A stretch of 64,000 nucleotides of DNA from Cyanobacteriota bacterium (lineage in GTDB: Bacteria; Cyanobacteriota; Cyanobacteriia; Thermostichales; Thermostichaceae). The stretch covers positions 117,194 through 181,193 of the forward strand of contig JANRIL010000038.1 in NCBI GenBank assembly GCA_033764955.1, in the 5' to 3' direction. A program made the position numbers and the translations under genes. Positions 59,086-64,000 of the stretch are shown piece by piece. The notes beneath the pieces are model-generated. The model was given only the letters and a program-made list of their open reading frames with translations, had not been told where the DNA came from and did no database searches. Position 1 is the stretch's first letter, and each line of letters begins with the position of its first letter.

Positions 59086-60495
59086 TTAGCCCATCCACTC
59101 ATGGTGAAAGCTGCCCGGTTTATCCACCCGCTCGAAGGTATGGGCACCAAAGAAATCTCGCTGAGCTTGCGTAAGGTTTTGCGGCAGATTAGCCGTGCGA
59201 TAGCTATCAAAATAATTGAGGGAAGCACTCATCGCCGGAATCGGGATCCCTAACTGAGCGGCTGTGGCTACGACTCGTCTCCAGGCGGGTTGCCGTTTGA
59301 CGAGAGCCTGTTTGAATTCTGGATCCAGCAGCAAATTCACCAAATCGGGATCCCGTTGAAAGGCGGATTGAATTTCTCCCAAAAACTGGGCACGAATGAT
59401 ACAGCCACCTTTCCAAATGCGAGGAATCTCACTGAAGGTATAAATATAACCGTGGGCAGTGGCAGCTTTTTTCAAGAGATCCATGCCCTGAGCATAGGAG
59501 CAAACTTTTGAACAATAGAGGGCATCTTTCAAATCGCTAATGAAAGCGACTTTATCTCCATTAAAAGTATCGGTCAAACCTGTAATCTGACTAGAGGCCA
59601 CCACCCGTTCCGCTTTAATCGAAGACAAAATTCGTGCATTCACAGCAGCATCAATGGTGGGGATAGAAACCCCCAGATCCAAAGCATCTTTCACCGTCCA
59701 TAGACCCGTGCCTTTTTGTCCAGCTTTGTCCAAGATCACATCCACTAGGGGTTTGCCTGTTTCCGCATCGTAGGTGGTGAAGATCTTGGCGGTGATTTCA
59801 ATCAAAAAGGATTCCAGCTCCGTTTGGTTCCAAGCGGCAAACGTTTCGTGCATCGCCTCGGCACTCAGCCCTAGTCCCCGCCGCATCAGGTCATACACCT
59901 CAGCGATCAATTGCATATCGCCATATTCAATGCCGTTGTGCACCATCTTGACGTAATGGCCACCTCCCTTCGGCCCTAAGTAGGTGACACAAGGACCATC
60001 GGGCACTTGCGCCGCTATCTTGGTGACAATCGGTTCAATTTCTTGATAGGACTCAGGGCTGCAACCGGGCATTAAACTAGGTCCATTCAGTGCTCCCTCT
60101 TCGCCACCGCTCACTCCCATGCCAACAAAGTGGATGCCTGTGGGGGCTAGCTCGGCGGCTCGGCGATCCGTATCGGTGTAGAGGGAATTGCCGCCATCGA
60201 TCAAAATATCTCCCTCATCCAAGAGCGGCTTGAGTTCGTTAATCACCGCATCCACCGCTCCGCCTGCTTTCACCATGATCAAAAACTTGCGGGGACGAGC
60301 CATCACCTGCACTAATTCCGCCAAGGTATAGGCAGGGGTGACATTTTTCCCTTGGGCGCGTTCCTGCATGAATTGTTTGGTCTTTTCGGCGGTGCGGTTA
60401 TAAACAGCAATGGGAAATCCATTTCGTTCGACGTTGAGAGCCAGGTTTTCTCCCATGACCGCTAGGCCAATCACGGCAAAGCTAGGTTGACTCAT
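59086..60495 (-). CDS. gnd: NADP-dependent 6-phosphogluconate dehydrogenase
   Basis: [56 protein letters not shown]. Confidence 0.97.
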   Translation of the reverse strand: MSQPSFAVIGLAVMGENLALNVERNGFPIAVYNRTAEKTKQFMQERAQGKNVTPAYTLAELVQVMARPRKFLIMVKAGGAVDAVINELKPLLDEGDILIDGGNSLYTDTDRRAAELAPTGIHFVGMGVSGGEEGALNGPSLMPGCSPESYQEIEPIVTKIAAQVPDGPCVTYLGPKGGGHYVKMVHNGIEYGDMQLIAEVYDLMRRGLGLSAEAMHETFAAWNQTELESFLIEITAKIFTTYDAETGKPLVDVILDKAGQKGTGLWTVKDALDLGVSIPTIDAAVNARILSSIKAERVVASSQITGLTDTFNGDKVAFISDLKDALYCSKVCSYAQGMDLLKKAATAHGYIYTFSEIPRIWKGGCIIRAQFLGEIQSAFQRDPDLVNLLLDPEFKQALVKRQPAWRRVVATAAQLGIPIPAMSASLNYFDSYRTANLPQNLTQAQRDFFGAHTFERVDKPGSFHHEWMG

Positions 60496-60605
60496 AGGTC
60501 TCGATCCTTCCTGAGGGGGCAGTCGGTTAGCGTATGCACCACCACTCTAGGACTCGATCCTGAGTTTTCTAGGTGAGGATCCTGATTTCTTTACCTTCTC
60601 AGCGG

Positions 60606-61382
60606 ATGAAATCGTTAAGATCTCATGGCCGTGATCCGAGGAGGGGGGAGGATAGGGGTCTAGAAATTCAGGATCAGTGGGGTAGAGGATCTATTTGTGG
60701 CCTAACGCTGACTACTGACCGTTTAACTTGGCTAGCGCATCTGCACCAACACCCCGTCATCGCCGTGGTCAGGGCTACCCACTGGTTAACCGCAGAACGC
60801 ATGAGCCAGGTGGCGATCCGAGCGGGCATTCACTACATCGAAGTTACAACGGCTGTGCCTGACTATGCGGATCTGATTGGGCAGTTGCGGCAGCAGTATC
60901 CCCTCCACCAGATTGGGGCAGGCACGGTGCTGACCCCCCAGGCGGCGGCGCTGGCGATGCAGGCGGGATCCCAATTTCTGGTCAGCCCCTACTGTGATCC
61001 TGAGGTGGTGCGGCTGGGGAGCGAGCAGGGGATCCCGGTGATTCCGGGGGCATTCACCCCCCAAGAGATCTGGCAAGCTCTCCGAGCGGGAGCCACCGCC
61101 GTTAAGGTTTTTCCGGTCGAGAGTGGGGGGGGAACCGACTATATTCGCCATCTTCACAAGCCCTTGGGGCACCTGCCCCTCATTCCCACGGGGGGGGTGA
61201 CCCTCAGCAATACACAGGCGTTTTTACAGGCGGGAGCTTGGGCGGTTGGGTTGAGTAGTGATTTGTTTCCACAGGAGTGGATCAACTCCCATCAATGGGA
61301 TGTGCTGGAGCGGCGGTTGCAACATTTTGTGGCTACCTTAGAGAGCCGACAACAGCCCTGTCTGGATAGACAGCATCCGTAA
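60606..61382 (+). CDS. eda: KDPG/KHG aldolase
   Basis: VIAVVRA, IEVT, IGAGTVL, FLVSP, PGAFTPQEI, VKVFP, IPTGGV; start uncertain. Confidence 0.88.
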   Translation: MKSLRSHGRDPRRGEDRGLEIQDQWGRGSICGLTLTTDRLTWLAHLHQHPVIAVVRATHWLTAERMSQVAIRAGIHYIEVTTAVPDYADLIGQLRQQYPLHQIGAGTVLTPQAAALAMQAGSQFLVSPYCDPEVVRLGSEQGIPVIPGAFTPQEIWQALRAGATAVKVFPVESGGGTDYIRHLHKPLGHLPLIPTGGVTLSNTQAFLQAGAWAVGLSSDLFPQEWINSHQWDVLERRLQHFVATLESRQQPCLDRQHP

Positions 61383-61502
61383 TCCGCCTCCCTTCAGAAT
61401 CGAGCATCGAAAAAATCCGCTGGCTGGTTCCCACCACAACGGAGAAGACCAGAAAAAAGATTGGCATGTAAAATTGGCAAGGTGATGTTGGAGATAGGAT
61501 CG

Positions 61503-63062
61503 ATGATGGTTGGGAAGCTTAGTCGGCCTCTGGCTGTGGCGGCGAGTCTAGTAGTGACGGGTGGGATCCCAATGGCTCAGGCCACGACCCAATCCCCAGC
61601 CAATCCAACCCTGCATATTGGCCTGATTCAGCGGTTTGGCGAGCCGGACAACTCAGAAGTCAAACTGGCGGCTCCCGGTGGGGCTGTGCTGAATCTCCAG
61701 TTTGAGGGCACAGGAGGCAAGCTGGAAACCCAACCATCCTCACAGGTGACTATTCGGATTGTGAACCAATCCCTGGCCACTCCTGAAATGGTGCAACGGT
61801 TGATCTTGAGCAGCCACAAAAGCTTTGAAAGTGCTGAAGCCAGCGCTCAAGCTTGGCTTGCCAACGGCATTCAAACCGAAATTGCTCAGCCGGATGAGTG
61901 GCAAGTCTGGGCTAAACGCAGCGCCTACGGCTCCGAGGCACTAGGGGAAATCTTGGCTGCCGCCCAGGCTAAAGGGATCCCTACGGTGCGGATGTTTCAG
62001 GAGGAGCGGCCTACCCAACCCCAACTCAGTTGGGTGGTGGATGATTTTCGCTATCACCGCCGCCACTTAACTGTCACCTCCAGTGCGGGGTATCTGCGGG
62101 TGGGGGATCGCACCTATGCTGGATCGATCACCATTCAACCCAATGCCTATGGAACCTACACCGTCATCAACTCCGTTCCGTTAGAAACCTATCTGCGGGG
62201 GGTCGTACCCCATGAGGTGGGTCCGAATGCCCCCGATGCGGCGATGGCGGCTCAGGCTATCTTGGCGCGCACCTATGCCTTGAAGAATCGTCATCGTTTT
62301 CAGATTGATGGCTATCACTTGAGCGATGATACCCATACGCAGGTTTACAAAGGACTCACCGAAACCACTGCTCGCACCGATGCGGCAATTCAACTGACCC
62401 GAGGACAGGTCTTGACCTATGAAGGAGATCTGATCGATGCCGTTTATTCCTCCACCAATGGGGGTATGGCTGCTGCCTTCGAGGATATTTGGGATGGGGA
62501 TCCCCGCCCCTATCTGCAACCCAACTTGGATATTGCTGGGCAGCCACAAAAACGCGATCTCAGTCAAGCGGATATATTTCGCCAATTTATCCAGCAGCAG
62601 GAAGGGTTTAATGAAACGGGGGTGTCACGCCTATTTCGCTGGACGATTAGCCAAACCCTTGATGAACTGGCGGAACAACTGAGAGCCAACCAAGACTATT
62701 TAGGGATCCCGATTCCGGTCTGGACGGATCTGGCGAATTTGAAGGTAGTTTCCCGCTCCGCCAGTGGTCGCGTACAAGCCCTGCAAGTGGATTTGAAAAC
62801 CGCTGACGGAGTGCACAGTATTACTCTGCATAAAGATCAGATTCGTTTGGGCTTTCGCAAGCTCTACAGCACCATGTTTGATGTAGATCCGATCCGACGA
62901 AACGATCAATTAGTCGGGTTTACGTTTGTCGGTGGAGGCTTTGGACATGGGGTAGGGTTAAGTCAGTATGGCTCTTATACCTTGGCTCGATTGGGATATT
63001 CACCCGCCCAAATTTTGAGTTTCTATTATCCTGGCACTACCCTCAGCCGGCTGGGATCCTAG
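61503..63062 (+). CDS. SpoIID/LytB domain protein (lytic transglycosylase / amidase enhancer)
   Basis: LETYLRGVVPHE, AQAILARTY, QVYKG, YSSTNGG, GGGFGHGVGLSQ.G, ILSFYYPGT; signal peptide. Confidence 0.92.
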   Translation: MMVGKLSRPLAVAASLVVTGGIPMAQATTQSPANPTLHIGLIQRFGEPDNSEVKLAAPGGAVLNLQFEGTGGKLETQPSSQVTIRIVNQSLATPEMVQRLILSSHKSFESAEASAQAWLANGIQTEIAQPDEWQVWAKRSAYGSEALGEILAAAQAKGIPTVRMFQEERPTQPQLSWVVDDFRYHRRHLTVTSSAGYLRVGDRTYAGSITIQPNAYGTYTVINSVPLETYLRGVVPHEVGPNAPDAAMAAQAILARTYALKNRHRFQIDGYHLSDDTHTQVYKGLTETTARTDAAIQLTRGQVLTYEGDLIDAVYSSTNGGMAAAFEDIWDGDPRPYLQPNLDIAGQPQKRDLSQADIFRQFIQQQEGFNETGVSRLFRWTISQTLDELAEQLRANQDYLGIPIPVWTDLANLKVVSRSASGRVQALQVDLKTADGVHSITLHKDQIRLGFRKLYSTMFDVDPIRRNDQLVGFTFVGGGFGHGVGLSQYGSYTLARLGYSPAQILSFYYPGTTLSRLGS

Positions 63063-63207
63063 ATAAGCTCTAGTTATCTCGCCAGCGCAACAGAGATTAT
63101 CGGTGAGGGTTTGCGAGAGATTATTAGCTACGTTGAGAGATGGTTGGCGTTACCTGCGCTGGCAGCCTTGCTTAGTGAGAGATTATCGGCGATCGCACTA
63201 CAAAGAG

Positions 63208-63298
63208 AGATAACAAATCATTGGAGCGGACAGGATTATGATGTTGTTTTCAGTAACAAGTAAAAAGTATCTACTGCCGCTCAATTCAACCGTTAGCC
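63208..63298 (+). mobile_element. Integron attC-like recombination site
   Basis: R'' AGATAAC, 5 nt, L'' ATTGGAGCGGACAG ... L' CTGCCGCTCAAT, 6 nt, R' GTTAG; arms pair with two unpaired bases (extra G and A on top strand). Confidence 0.7.
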
Positions 63299-63413
63299 TG
63301 CTTCGTTTGTAGGTGGTGGCAGTATTGAGAGGTTGCCTGTTAGACACAGAGGCGAGATTAACTGTCATATCGGTTTAGCATTATGATAGGGTGCAGTTTG
63401 TCAGGAGTGATTG

Positions 63414-64000
63414 ATGGAAATTGCGTCTCAGTTCATCACATTTCAGATCAGTCACTACTGCGAGAAAGTCCGGTGGGCGATGGATCGGATAGGTTTTCCC
63501 TATGTCGAAGAGTGTCATCTCCCTCCACTGCATCGACTAAAAACAACTTTGCTGGGTGGGAGCAGCGTTCCTGTTCTTGTGACTGAAACGGAAATATTGA
63601 AAGATTCAGCAGATATCCTCAAGCATCTAGATACCGTAGCGCCTGCTCATCTAAAACTGTATCCAGCTTCACCAGTATTGCGGCATGAAGTCGAAGAGTT
63701 AGAGACGCAATTTAATCGCGAACTTGGTGTCTTAACAAGACAGTGGGGGTATTTCTATGCACTTCAGAATCGCGGTGTGATGCAACAACTGTGGTGCGAA
63801 GGCGTTCCTGCGTGGGAGAAATTACTGTTTCCGTTGCTGTTTCCCTTGACTCGGTATTTAGTCCATTCCAGTTACAATGTTCATCGTGAAAGTGCATTGG
63901 CTGCATACCGTCGAACTCAACAGATATTTAACATGGTGAGCGATCGTCTCTCAGATGGACGTAGGTATCTAGTGGGAGATTGCTTTTCGGCAGCAGATTT
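63414..64000 (+). CDS. Glutathione S-transferase family protein, runs off window edge
   Basis: Not in ORF track. ISHYCEKVRWAMD, SVPVL, DSADI, RYLVGDCFSAAD; AGGAG RBS upstream. Confidence 0.9.
   Translation, partial: MEIASQFITFQISHYCEKVRWAMDRIGFPYVEECHLPPLHRLKTTLLGGSSVPVLVTETEILKDSADILKHLDTVAPAHLKLYPASPVLRHEVEELETQFNRELGVLTRQWGYFYALQNRGVMQQLWCEGVPAWEKLLFPLLFPLTRYLVHSSYNVHRESALAAYRRTQQIFNMVSDRLSDGRRYLVGDCFSAAD

Noticed and set aside
63090..63215. GAGAGATTAT repeats as a CRISPR array
   Set aside because: Repeats are only about 8-10 bp, spacing is irregular and no cas genes are present
63383..63906. Track ORFs 63383-63586 and 63712-63906
   Set aside because: They overlap the GST frame starting at 63414

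Overview
Cyanobacterial chromosomal segment. The octamer GGGATCCC is highly iterated instead of the canonical HIP1 GCGATCGC, which points by inference to a Thermostichus / Synechococcus OS-A/B'-like lineage. Most of the window is housekeeping or conserved cyanobacterial genes: mini-RNase III, rlmB, argS, bioY, murF, argD, ackA, SphR-like regulator, class I aldolase, hisC, SigG with anti-sigma, RelA/SpoT, ABC1 kinase, MlaE, cimA, nusB, gnd, eda and SpoIID/LytB. Small accessory inserts are scattered among them. Elements missing from the ORF track: an edge-truncated GH38 alpha-mannosidase (<1-2591, minus); a 57-aa DUF4278 microprotein (39565-39738, minus) behind a glnA-class glutamine riboswitch with an unusually long P2 and a sigma70 promoter whose -10 box is overlapped by an NtcA site; and an edge-truncated GST (63414->64000) preceded by a well-formed integron attC-like site. 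Also present: an apparently intact IS630 element with a -1 frameshift site; a ~340-bp diverged duplication bracketing a Uma2 gene, which looks like allele replacement; MerR-type long-spacer promoters; a glutaredoxin-MauE/MerR module followed by a His-rich gene stub; a DUF4079 plus membrane-anchored FAD/2Fe-2S reductase pair; and a pseudo-methyltransferase/2OG-Fe(II) dioxygenase fusion. No rRNA, tRNA or CRISPR array was seen. All family assignments come from motif recognition by eye, not database searches.
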